Of a stretch of 64,000 nt of DNA, positions 36,489-44,851 are shown piece by piece (position 1 is the first letter of the stretch; every line of letters begins with the position of its first letter). This DNA is from an uncultured Eubacteriales bacterium (GTDB lineage: Bacteria; Bacillota; Clostridia; Christensenellales; CAG-917). Below the pieces are notes generated by a model, which was given only the letters and a program-made list of their open reading frames with translations, was not told the DNA's origin and did not search any database. Made by a program: the position numbers and the translations under genes. The stretch covers positions 17,879 through 81,878 of the forward strand of contig URIX01000002.1 of assembly GCA_900547975.1 (NCBI GenBank). Direction: 5' to 3'.

Positions 36489-37775
36489 ATGAATGTAGGT
36501 GTAATTTTGGCGGCGGGACTTAGCGAAAGATTCAAAAGCAAAGTCCATAAGCAATATCTCAAACTAAACGGAAAAGAAGTGATTTATTATTCCATTATCG
36601 GAATGAAAGAGAGCGGTTGCTTCGACATAATTATTGCTGTCGTTGACGGAGACGAATACGAGAGCGGCTATATTGCAAACAAATATAATGTTGTGTGTGT
36701 CAAAGGCGGCGATAAACGAAACAAATCCATAAAAGCCGCAATCGATTTTGTGACAAACAATTATTCCAATGTCGACAAAATAGTATTTCAGGATTGTTCG
36801 CGTCCTTTCGTCAAGAAAGAAATATATCTTGATTTCATCGACAAACTCGACGATTATTCCGCCGTCGTTATGTCGTCTGATATAAACGATACGCTTTCGA
36901 CAAACGAAGGGATTTTCGTTAACAGAAAAGAGTATTGCCTCATTCAAACTCCTGAAGCGTTCCATTTCAACGATATAAAAAACTGGTTTTCGGCAAATAG
37001 TTCTTATACTGCAATAGTAAATCAGATGCCGGATAAAACGGCGGCTTTATTATATAAACCTAATTCTTTTAATATCAAAATCACGTATCCCGAAGACTTG
37101 TTCCTTGCAGAACAGTTTATGAATATTGACTATTTGAGCCTTTCTACTGCAAAAAACGAGTATGCGAAAATAAAGGGGAAGGTGTTGCTTCTCGGCGGAA
37201 GCGGCGGCGTCGGACAATGCATCGTGCAAGCACTGCAAGCCGACGGCGTCGAATACTTTGCGCCTTCTCATAGAGAACTCGATTTGCAAGGACTGACGAT
37301 TGAAAGCATAAAACGCGCTTGTCCGTTCGAGCCTGACGTAATTATAAACGTCGCGGCTGCATATGCCGACGATTCGGTAAATATCGTTGAATCTTACGAC
37401 AAGATATTCGATGTCAATTTGCGTTCTAACCTAGTTTTGATAGAATACGCAAAAACTCTCGGCAAACGAGTCAATCTTGTATTTATGAGTTCTTCGTCAT
37501 CGACGAGAGGAAGAGAAAATTTGACAAATTATTCTGCGGCAAAAGCCGCGCTAAACAGCGTTGTCGAAAGTCAGGGCGAAACCTTGCATAAGAGCGATAT
37601 TTATGTAAATGCGTTGATTCCTGAGAAGATCAATACACCGTTGATAGCCAAATTGCATAAGCGCGAAATCAATCCACGAGAGTTGCTTGATGCGCACGAG
37701 GTTATTAATGCCGTTATGTATTATTCCACAACCGACGAATACGGCAAATTAATCCATATTCGCAAAGGCCTGTAG
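36489..37775 (+). CDS. bifunctional cytidylyltransferase-SDR reductase (Bcs1/TarIJ-like CDP-ribitol synthase)
   Basis: N-terminal GVILAAGLSERF...GGDKRNKS (IspD fold). C-terminal LLLGGSGGVGQ and YSAAKAAL (SDR). Confidence 0.72.
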   Translation: MNVGVILAAGLSERFKSKVHKQYLKLNGKEVIYYSIIGMKESGCFDIIIAVVDGDEYESGYIANKYNVVCVKGGDKRNKSIKAAIDFVTNNYSNVDKIVFQDCSRPFVKKEIYLDFIDKLDDYSAVVMSSDINDTLSTNEGIFVNRKEYCLIQTPEAFHFNDIKNWFSANSSYTAIVNQMPDKTAALLYKPNSFNIKITYPEDLFLAEQFMNIDYLSLSTAKNEYAKIKGKVLLLGGSGGVGQCIVQALQADGVEYFAPSHRELDLQGLTIESIKRACPFEPDVIINVAAAYADDSVNIVESYDKIFDVNLRSNLVLIEYAKTLGKRVNLVFMSSSSSTRGRENLTNYSAAKAALNSVVESQGETLHKSDIYVNALIPEKINTPLIAKLHKREINPRELLDAHEVINAVMYYSTTDEYGKLIHIRKGL

Positions 37776-37931
37776 ATTTGAGTTGTGTATATAAAATTTG
37801 CGGAAAGATGAATGCATCTATCTTATGCGTTTTTGCCAAAATTGTAGATTTTTTATAGCCGTCACTGGTAAGAGAATTACTGCTTTTTGAAACGAAATTT
37901 ACATAAATAATAGTCTAATTTTGTCAACTGT

Positions 37932-37977
37932 CATATGGTGTATGCTTGTTTTTAAAAAGACAAGAATACGCCATATG
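37932..37977. other. 46-bp imperfect palindrome at the left edge of the mobile island
   Basis: CATATGGTGTATGCTTGT-ttttaaaaag-ACAAGAATACGCCATATG. The core GTATGCTTGT is shared with the palindrome at 39415-39476. Confidence 0.6.
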
Positions 37978-38099
37978 CAAAATAAAATTAATTCATCGCA
38001 ACTTTATTAAATCTCATTGTAAATCACAATTAAATTGTTTTGTAAAAAATAGAAAGTTTAGGGCTAAAAACGACCTAATTTCACCCTGATTTTTTCAAT

Positions 38100-38245
38100 T
38101 TGTCTGTTAGACTTGCCATACTCAAAGGCTTCAACCAATACTTCTCGGAAGAGTTGGCGCAGAAAGTGAAAATGGGCATGAGAGAAACAAGCCTTAAATG
38201 CTTGTATCAAGGCGGTGGTTTGCCGTACGGATATAACGAGGTCTT
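38100..38245 (+). pseudogene. large serine recombinase fragment (internal piece only)
   Basis: LAILKGFNQYFSEELAQKVKMGMRETSLK..GGGLPYGY parallels ILEGFNQYFSEELTQKVNRGLRESWLK of the opposite-strand pseudogene that it abuts. Confidence 0.6.
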
Positions 38246-39075
38246 CTATAAATTGCTTTTGTATCGGTTTTTTTGTTGCAGGCTATATTCTTTCGTGTTC
38301 TGGACAGGCAGGAATAGTAGTAGTGTATATCGCCTGTCATAGTCGTTCCGCTTATTCCGACCATTTTGTGCTTACAATCTCCGCAAATAAGTTTGCCGGA
38401 TAGGATGTAATCGTAAATCTCTTTCTTGCGACTAGGCGCACGCTTATTCTCTTTATGTACGGCGCAGACCTTTGCCCATAACTCGTCCGATATGAGTTTC
38501 GGAAATATGTTATCGTATTTCGTACCTTGACGTTCCACGACTCCGTTGTATTTTGTATTGCGCAAAACGTGATATATCAACGATACTCGTATTGGTTGTC
38601 CGTCACGATTTCTATATCCGCATTCTTTGAAATGCTTTTCTATTGCGTTTGCGGTATAGCCTTGTGCGCACTTGGTGAACATCTCGACGACGAGCGGCGC
38701 TTCTATGGGGTGGGGAACGTATTTTTTATCTATAATATCGTATCCGAAAACGCTGTGTCCGCCCGTTGCGTTGCCTTTGAGCCAACTTTCCCGAAGTCCG
38801 CGATTCACCTTTTGTGTGAGTTCTTCCGAGAAGTATTGGTTGAATCCTTCGAGTATCGTTTCCATCATTCGTCCTTCGGGTGTATCCGTAATGCGTTCCA
38901 TTGCGGACAAAAGTGCAACTCCGTTGTCTTGCAACGTCTTTTTATTGATAACGGATTCAACTTTATTTCTCACAAATCTGTCCAACTTGTAAACGATGAC
39001 GTAAACGTGAGCGAATAAACAAACAAGAACATCGTTGTGCGCACTTTGGACAAGTGTGAAATCGTGAGCGAACAC
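38194..39075 (-). pseudogene. large serine recombinase lacking the N-terminal catalytic Ser region and the C-terminus
   Basis: Starts inside the resolvase domain (VYKLDRFVRN), continues through the recombinase domain and zinc ribbon (LICGDCKHKM...YYYSCLSR...IACNKK), then degenerates. Confidence 0.7.
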
Positions 39076-39414
39076 AGTTCAAACCCTGTTGTGATATAAA
39101 CTACCGACAGCGTAGCATATATCCGTTTTAAAGCGTGAATGGGTCAAAAGATAGTTTGCGTGGTAAAAATATGTTTTTAATGGGTAAAAAGGTGTTGTGG
39201 ATGAGAGGGGGATGGGGTGTGTACGCCGAAAAGACAAAAGCAGATTTCGCAACTTGATATAAAAAAAGATAAAAATCTGCCTATGAAAAAGAGGACAAAA
39301 AATCGCATTGCCGATATGCGAGAAAAACGGGCCCGATTCGCCAAGCGGTTTAGCGCGAACGGCCCGTTCCGCACGGCTGCGATTTTGCCTTTTTAGGCGG
39401 TTTGTTTTTATACA

Positions 39415-39476
39415 AGGCGTATGCTTGTCTCGGCGAGGCGCAGCCGAGCCGACTTGTTCAAGACAAGCATACGCCT
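39415..39476. other. perfect 16-bp-stem palindrome with a nested hairpin
   Basis: AGGCGTATGCTTGTCT (39415-39430) pairs with AGACAAGCATACGCCT (39461-39476). The loop contains CTCGGC/GCCGAG. Confidence 0.7.
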
Positions 39477-39694
39477 AAGTGCCCGAAAACATTGTTTTCT
39501 TTCGTCTTACGCTGCAAATATTGACTATTCGGGACAATGATGCTAAAATATATTAGACATAATGAAAATATTCTAGTATTTAGAGATTGTTTCAAATATC
39601 ACAACAAAATTTGTAGTATTTAGAAAACAATCTTGCATCCGAACGCAAGGTAAAAGTGTTTGGCAATAAAAAGAGCAATTGCGTGTTATAGATA

Positions 39695-40126
39695 ATGACT
39701 AAAACCCAAGAAGAAATTACGCGAAACATGCGTAGCAATAAATGCAGAGATACAAAACCGGAGTTATTGTTGCGCAGCGAACTATGGAAACGCGGATTAC
39801 GATATAGGAAAAACTATAAAAAATTAGTCGGAAAACCCGATATCGTATTTGTAGGAAAGAAAATCGCGATTTTCGTAGACGGAAAAATGTGGCACGGATA
39901 CGACTGGGAAAATCAGAAAAACGATTTCAAATCGCATCGAGATTTTTGGATTCCGAAAATAGAACGCAACATCGCTCGTGACAAGTTCGTAAATCAACAA
40001 TTGGAAAACGACGGGTGGACTGTGCTGAGATTTTGGGATTTCGAAATAAAAAAACACCTTTCGGATTGTGCAGATAAAATAGAAAACATATACAACGAAA
40101 AAAAGATCATCGGAACGGAGATATAA
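39695..40126 (+). CDS. vsr: very short patch repair endonuclease (Vsr)
   Basis: TKPELLLRSELWKRGLRYRKN...GKPDIVFVGKKIAIFVDGKMWHG...WTVLRFWDFEI. Confidence 0.88.
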   Translation: MTKTQEEITRNMRSNKCRDTKPELLLRSELWKRGLRYRKNYKKLVGKPDIVFVGKKIAIFVDGKMWHGYDWENQKNDFKSHRDFWIPKIERNIARDKFVNQQLENDGWTVLRFWDFEIKKHLSDCADKIENIYNEKKIIGTEI

Positions 40127-40127
40127 G

Positions 40128-41135
40128 ATGTTAAAAAGTATTGATTTATTCGCAGGTATCGGCGGCATTCGGCTCGGGTTCGAAAATGCCTTCGGCGACG
40201 AATTGAAAACGGTATTCGTCAGCGAATGGGACGAATACGCTCAAAAAACTTATAAGGCGAATTTCCACGACGATTTCGAAATCGCCGGCGATATAACGAA
40301 GATAAAGGAAACGGATATTCCCGACTTCGATATATGTCTTGCGGGATTCCCTTGTCAGGCATTCAGTTTGGCAGGACAGCGCAAGGGCTTTAAAGACGAT
40401 TATAAAGGAATGTCTCGCGGCACGTTATTTTTCGACGTGGCGAGAATTTGCGCCGAGAAAAAACCGAAAGTAATTTTCTGCGAAAACGTAAAAGGTTTGA
40501 CGATACACGACAAAGGAAGAACATTCGAAATTATTACCGAAACACTCAAAGAAATCGGTTATACTCCGTTCGAACAAATATTAAACAGCCGTAATTTCGG
40601 CGTTCCGCAAAACAGAGAACGCATTTATATCGTTGCATTCAGAAACGATATAGCCCCGAAAGAATTTATCTTCCCCGCGAAAACCGACGATACGAAACGT
40701 ATTCGCGATATTATGGAAGAAAATCCCGTTCCCGCGAAATATTATCTCAGCACCTGCTATATGGACACTCTTATCAGACATAAAGAACGTCACGCGGCGA
40801 AAGGACACGGTTTCGGATATGAAATTCGAGATCTCGACGACGTTTCGGGCGCAATTGTATGCGGCGGTATGGGCAGAGAAAGAAATTTGATTATAGATAA
40901 AAGACAGACGAATTTAACGCCTACTACCCACATTAAGGGTGAAATCAATAAAGACGGCATTCGCAAAATGACTCCGAGAGAATGGGCAAGACTGCAAGGG
41001 TTTCCGGACGATTACAAATTCGTTTTGGCGGACGTTCATCTTTACAAGCAATTCGGAAACAGCGTAACCGTTCCCGTAATACAAGCAATAGCGGAAAAAA
41101 TCAAAGAGGTACTCGATAAAAATGGCAGAGATTAA
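40128..41135 (+). CDS. DNA (cytosine-5)-methyltransferase, copy 1
   Basis: Motif I DLFAGIGG, IV GFPCQAFS, VI ENVKGL, X QFGNSVTVPV. Confidence 0.92.
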   Translation: MLKSIDLFAGIGGIRLGFENAFGDELKTVFVSEWDEYAQKTYKANFHDDFEIAGDITKIKETDIPDFDICLAGFPCQAFSLAGQRKGFKDDYKGMSRGTLFFDVARICAEKKPKVIFCENVKGLTIHDKGRTFEIITETLKEIGYTPFEQILNSRNFGVPQNRERIYIVAFRNDIAPKEFIFPAKTDDTKRIRDIMEENPVPAKYYLSTCYMDTLIRHKERHAAKGHGFGYEIRDLDDVSGAIVCGGMGRERNLIIDKRQTNLTPTTHIKGEINKDGIRKMTPREWARLQGFPDDYKFVLADVHLYKQFGNSVTVPVIQAIAEKIKEVLDKNGRD

Positions 41136-42288
41136 AGGGAAAAATAAGGGCGAATGGTCCGAAATGTACATTTTCTTCAAATTAATGTCCGATAGAAAAG
41201 TTTACGTCGCGGACAAAGATATGAATAAACTGAAAGACGTATTCTTAAATATCGTCAGTATTATTCGTGAAGAAGTTGCGGGTAAAGAATATCGTTATTT
41301 TACGGGCGATAAAGTGGTTATCACGCTTAACGGCGAAACCGTAATGACTTTGGATTCTTCATTGTTTACGGAAAAAGCCGCACGCGTTTGGAAAATGATA
41401 ACCGAAAATAAGGGCAATACTACTTTTACCGACGACGAAATCAGAGAATTTCTCGAGTCGATTTTCATTCACAATATATCGGCTCCCGCACAAAAGAAAA
41501 ACGATTATTTCGGCGGCACGAAAGATATCGTTCTCGATACGATAGATTATCGCTCCGGCGTAAGTCAAATAATGGGCTTTTCCTGTAAATCGGATATCGA
41601 TGCCGCATCGACGCTATTCAATGCAAGCGGAGATAATACTAATTTCGAGTACGAACTGGTCGGAAATATAAACGACGATGTAATGAACGAATTTAATTCG
41701 TTATTTAACGAAGTGATCCGGAAAGGCGTAGTTTGTCACGACGTGGCAACCGGCAGCCGTATGAATTATTTGAAGTCCTGTGGCATCGATGTAAAATTCG
41801 TAAATCCCGTAAAGGAAACCGCAAGACAAAATTTGATACGTTGCGGCGGTTTGGAAACTCCTGCCATTGTTGCGGAGATGTTGAAATATTACTACTACGA
41901 CAAATCGGGAGCGGATACATCTCTCGATGAAGCGATTAAACATCTTGCCGAATCCGATCCCGCAGGGTATTCTTTCGGCGAGTTATACGATACATATCAT
42001 CTGAAAATAGCAAATCTTTTGTATTCCATGTTCACGGGCTTGCGTTTTTCAAAACCGTGGAACGGCAAATCCGATGTGAGCGGCGGATATATCGTTGTTA
42101 AACGCGACGGCGACGTCGTTGCTTTCCACTCCTGCATTGCCGACGAATTCAAGGATTTTCTTGTGGACAAATTAAAGTTCGAAGCACCGTCTTGCAGTCG
42201 TCACGATTATATGTCGATTTATAAAAAAGACGACGGCAAATACTATCTGAAATTTGCCCTGCAATTCAGATTTAAATTGAAAAAATAA
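41122..42288 (+). CDS. type II restriction endonuclease, HpaII-family-like (tentative)
   Basis: N-terminus KGKNKGEWSEMYIFFKLMSDRKVYV resembles what I recall of HpaII-family enzymes. It overlaps the upstream methyltransferase by 14 nt and sits in a vsr-M-R arrangement. Confidence 0.55.
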   Translation: MAEIKGKNKGEWSEMYIFFKLMSDRKVYVADKDMNKLKDVFLNIVSIIREEVAGKEYRYFTGDKVVITLNGETVMTLDSSLFTEKAARVWKMITENKGNTTFTDDEIREFLESIFIHNISAPAQKKNDYFGGTKDIVLDTIDYRSGVSQIMGFSCKSDIDAASTLFNASGDNTNFEYELVGNINDDVMNEFNSLFNEVIRKGVVCHDVATGSRMNYLKSCGIDVKFVNPVKETARQNLIRCGGLETPAIVAEMLKYYYYDKSGADTSLDEAIKHLAESDPAGYSFGELYDTYHLKIANLLYSMFTGLRFSKPWNGKSDVSGGYIVVKRDGDVVAFHSCIADEFKDFLVDKLKFEAPSCSRHDYMSIYKKDDGKYYLKFALQFRFKLKK

Positions 42289-43223
42289 TGAGAGTATGCA
42301 GTTTGTTTTGCGGAATCGGCGGAATAGACCTTGCCTTTACGCAAGCCGGGCATGAAATCGTATGGGCTAACGATATCGATAAATATGCCTGCATGACCTA
42401 TCGGCACAATTTCCCCGAGTCGGTTTTGATCGAAGGCGATATTCGCGCGATCGATAAACACGATATCCCCGATTTCGATATACTTGCGGCAGGGTTTCCT
42501 TGCCAACCGTTTTCGGTTTGCGGAAAACAAAAAGGCTTTTCGGACGAACGCGGAAATTTATTCTTCGAAATCGGAAAAGTAATCGATGCGAAACATCCGT
42601 CTATCGTGTTTTTAGAGAATGTGGCAAATCTTATCGAACACGACCACGGTAAAACGTTCAACGTTATTCATAACGAACTTGCGTGGCGCGGATATTTTAT
42701 TCGCTACCTGATTGCAGATGCTTGCGATTACGGCATTCCGCAACACAGAATGAGAACCTATATCGTCGCATTTTCGGACAGAACCGCCTGCGAAAATTTT
42801 ACGTTTCCGGAAAAAGTTCTGCTCGAAAAACGAATAACAGATATTATCGACGTAACCGTAAAAGCTGACGACAAATATTACTATTCACCCGTTTCTGCAA
42901 AGTATCAACGTTTAAGTCGATATATTACCGACGAAAAGCAGTTGTATCGATTTGCGGATTACGGTGTCCAATCGGGCAAAGACGGCATATCGTTTACGCT
43001 CAAAGCGAATATGGGAACGTATTACGACCGAGTGCCGATTATAAAGGATAATTTCGGCATACGAAATATCACGTTGACGGAATGCCTTGCTTTACAAGGT
43101 TTCCCGAAAAGCTTCTCTTTTCCTCTTGCCGTTCCAGAGAGAGAACAATACAAACAAACTGGAAATACTGTGTGCGTAGGAATAATAGAAAAAATAATTA
43201 GGTGTATTACAAAAGATGAATAA
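42288..43223 (+). CDS. DNA (cytosine-5)-methyltransferase, copy 2
   Basis: SLFCGIGG, GFPCQPFS, ENVANL, QTGNTVCV. The start overlaps the upstream stop (TAATG). Confidence 0.9.
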   Translation: MRVCSLFCGIGGIDLAFTQAGHEIVWANDIDKYACMTYRHNFPESVLIEGDIRAIDKHDIPDFDILAAGFPCQPFSVCGKQKGFSDERGNLFFEIGKVIDAKHPSIVFLENVANLIEHDHGKTFNVIHNELAWRGYFIRYLIADACDYGIPQHRMRTYIVAFSDRTACENFTFPEKVLLEKRITDIIDVTVKADDKYYYSPVSAKYQRLSRYITDEKQLYRFADYGVQSGKDGISFTLKANMGTYYDRVPIIKDNFGIRNITLTECLALQGFPKSFSFPLAVPEREQYKQTGNTVCVGIIEKIIRCITKDE

Positions 43224-43788
43224 AATATTTAAATTGCCGACAAAATCCGACTTAAAGAGTCGTACATCTACTATCAGTAATGCTTTTGCAATAGCTATTA
43301 CTCCGTATATTTATCCTTCATTAAATGAAATTGAACACTTTTTAAAGGAATTACATCTTGAACAAGGACAATGTGCATATTGTTTAGGCAAAGCAAACGC
43401 AATGGATCATGTAAAACCTTTAGTTACAGGTGGACTACCAACCGGATATATTACTGAAATTCGAAATTTAGTTCCTTGCTGTTCAGCTTGTAACAGTGCA
43501 AAAGGTGCACAGGATTTTAGAGCTTGGTACAAAAGCGAAAAAAATATTAAGCGATTGCACTCTGAGGGATTAACTGATACTGAAATTAATGAGCGTTTTG
43601 ATATCGTTTCACGATATATTGATAAAATTCCTGCGCCAATTGATTACAAAACAATACTTGGCGATAACTTGTGGAATGAATTTCTACATAGAAAAGAAGA
43701 AATGGTGCGTCTTCTAAAAGAAGATCAATTGTTTTGCGATGAATTAAGTGCTATAATTAAAAACAAAATCGATTCGGAGAATAATTGA
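43216..43788 (+). CDS. HNH endonuclease (candidate restriction partner of methyltransferase 2)
   Basis: CAYCLGKANAMDHVKPLVTGG...NLVPCCSACNSAKG. 8-nt overlap with the upstream gene. Confidence 0.8.
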   Translation: MNKIFKLPTKSDLKSRTSTISNAFAIAITPYIYPSLNEIEHFLKELHLEQGQCAYCLGKANAMDHVKPLVTGGLPTGYITEIRNLVPCCSACNSAKGAQDFRAWYKSEKNIKRLHSEGLTDTEINERFDIVSRYIDKIPAPIDYKTILGDNLWNEFLHRKEEMVRLLKEDQLFCDELSAIIKNKIDSENN

Positions 43789-43789
43789 T

Positions 43790-44851
43790 ATGCCTTTTGA
43801 AGTAATAGATTTGTTTTGCGGAGTCGGAGGGCTTACATGCGGAATGCGACAGGCAGGCTTTCGTGTTGTAGCCGGATTCGACAATGATCAAACATGTGAA
43901 TATACATATAGCCACAATAATCATACGGAATTCCATTGTAGAAATATCAAAGAAGTAACAGGAGCGGAAATAAACGGTTGTTATTCGTCCGGTGCTCAGA
44001 AAATCCTTGTAGGTTGCGCGCCATGTCAACCGTTCTCGACAATGAGCTATAAGCGTTTTATTGCATCACCAAGAGAAAATGATATGAAATATGATTTATT
44101 ATCGGAATTCGGAAGACTAATAAAGGACGTTCAGCCTGTCATTGTTGCTATGGAAAACGTGCCCGAGTTAAGGAATACAGGTGTTTTTCAAAGCTTTTTA
44201 GAAACTTTGAGAGATAACGGATATTTTACCGACGGCGGTCGTGTTGTATATTGCCCCGATTATGGCATTCCGCAAAACAGGCACAGATTTATTCTATTAG
44301 CATCAAGAATCGGAGAGATTACACTTCTCCCTCCTACTCACAAGCGAAAAGAAGTAACGGTTCGTCCGTTTATTGAAAAATTACCTCCCATTGCAGCCGG
44401 AGAAATGTATGAATTCGATAAACTCCACCGCACGGCAAGTCTTTCCGAAATAAATCTAAAACGTATTAAAGCGTCTGTTCCCGGTGGAACTTGGAAAGAT
44501 TGGCCCGAAGAATTAAGATGCGCTTGTCACAAAAAAGATTCGGGACAAACATATACGTCTGTTTACGGTAGGATGTCTTGGGATAAAATCGGACCGACTA
44601 TGACAACACAGTTTTTCTGTTACGGCACAGGACGATACGGTCATCCGGAACAAGATAGAGCTCTATCCTTACGCGAAGGAGCTTTGTTGCAAACGTTTCC
44701 CCGAGATTACGAATTCTTCCCGCCAGACGTCACTGATTATTGCATGAGAGACGTGGCACGGCACATAGGGAATGCTGTTCCTGTTCGCTTGGGCGAAATC
44801 ATAGGATGCTCAATAAATAAACATTTAGAAAAATATACGGAGGTGCACTAA
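43790..44851 (+). CDS. DNA (cytosine-5)-methyltransferase, copy 3
   Basis: DLFCGVGG, GCAPCQPFS, MENVPEL, HIGNAVPV. Confidence 0.9.
   Translation: MPFEVIDLFCGVGGLTCGMRQAGFRVVAGFDNDQTCEYTYSHNNHTEFHCRNIKEVTGAEINGCYSSGAQKILVGCAPCQPFSTMSYKRFIASPRENDMKYDLLSEFGRLIKDVQPVIVAMENVPELRNTGVFQSFLETLRDNGYFTDGGRVVYCPDYGIPQNRHRFILLASRIGEITLLPPTHKRKEVTVRPFIEKLPPIAAGEMYEFDKLHRTASLSEINLKRIKASVPGGTWKDWPEELRCACHKKDSGQTYTSVYGRMSWDKIGPTMTTQFFCYGTGRYGHPEQDRALSLREGALLQTFPRDYEFFPPDVTDYCMRDVARHIGNAVPVRLGEIIGCSINKHLEKYTEVH

Noticed and set aside
39283-39399. 38-aa basic ORF MKKRTKNRIADMREKRARFAKRFSANGPFRTAAILPF in the island
   Set aside because: It has no convincing RBS and overlaps an equally long opposite-strand ORF. 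It lies in a region of recombinase debris, so a coding call is not supportable.
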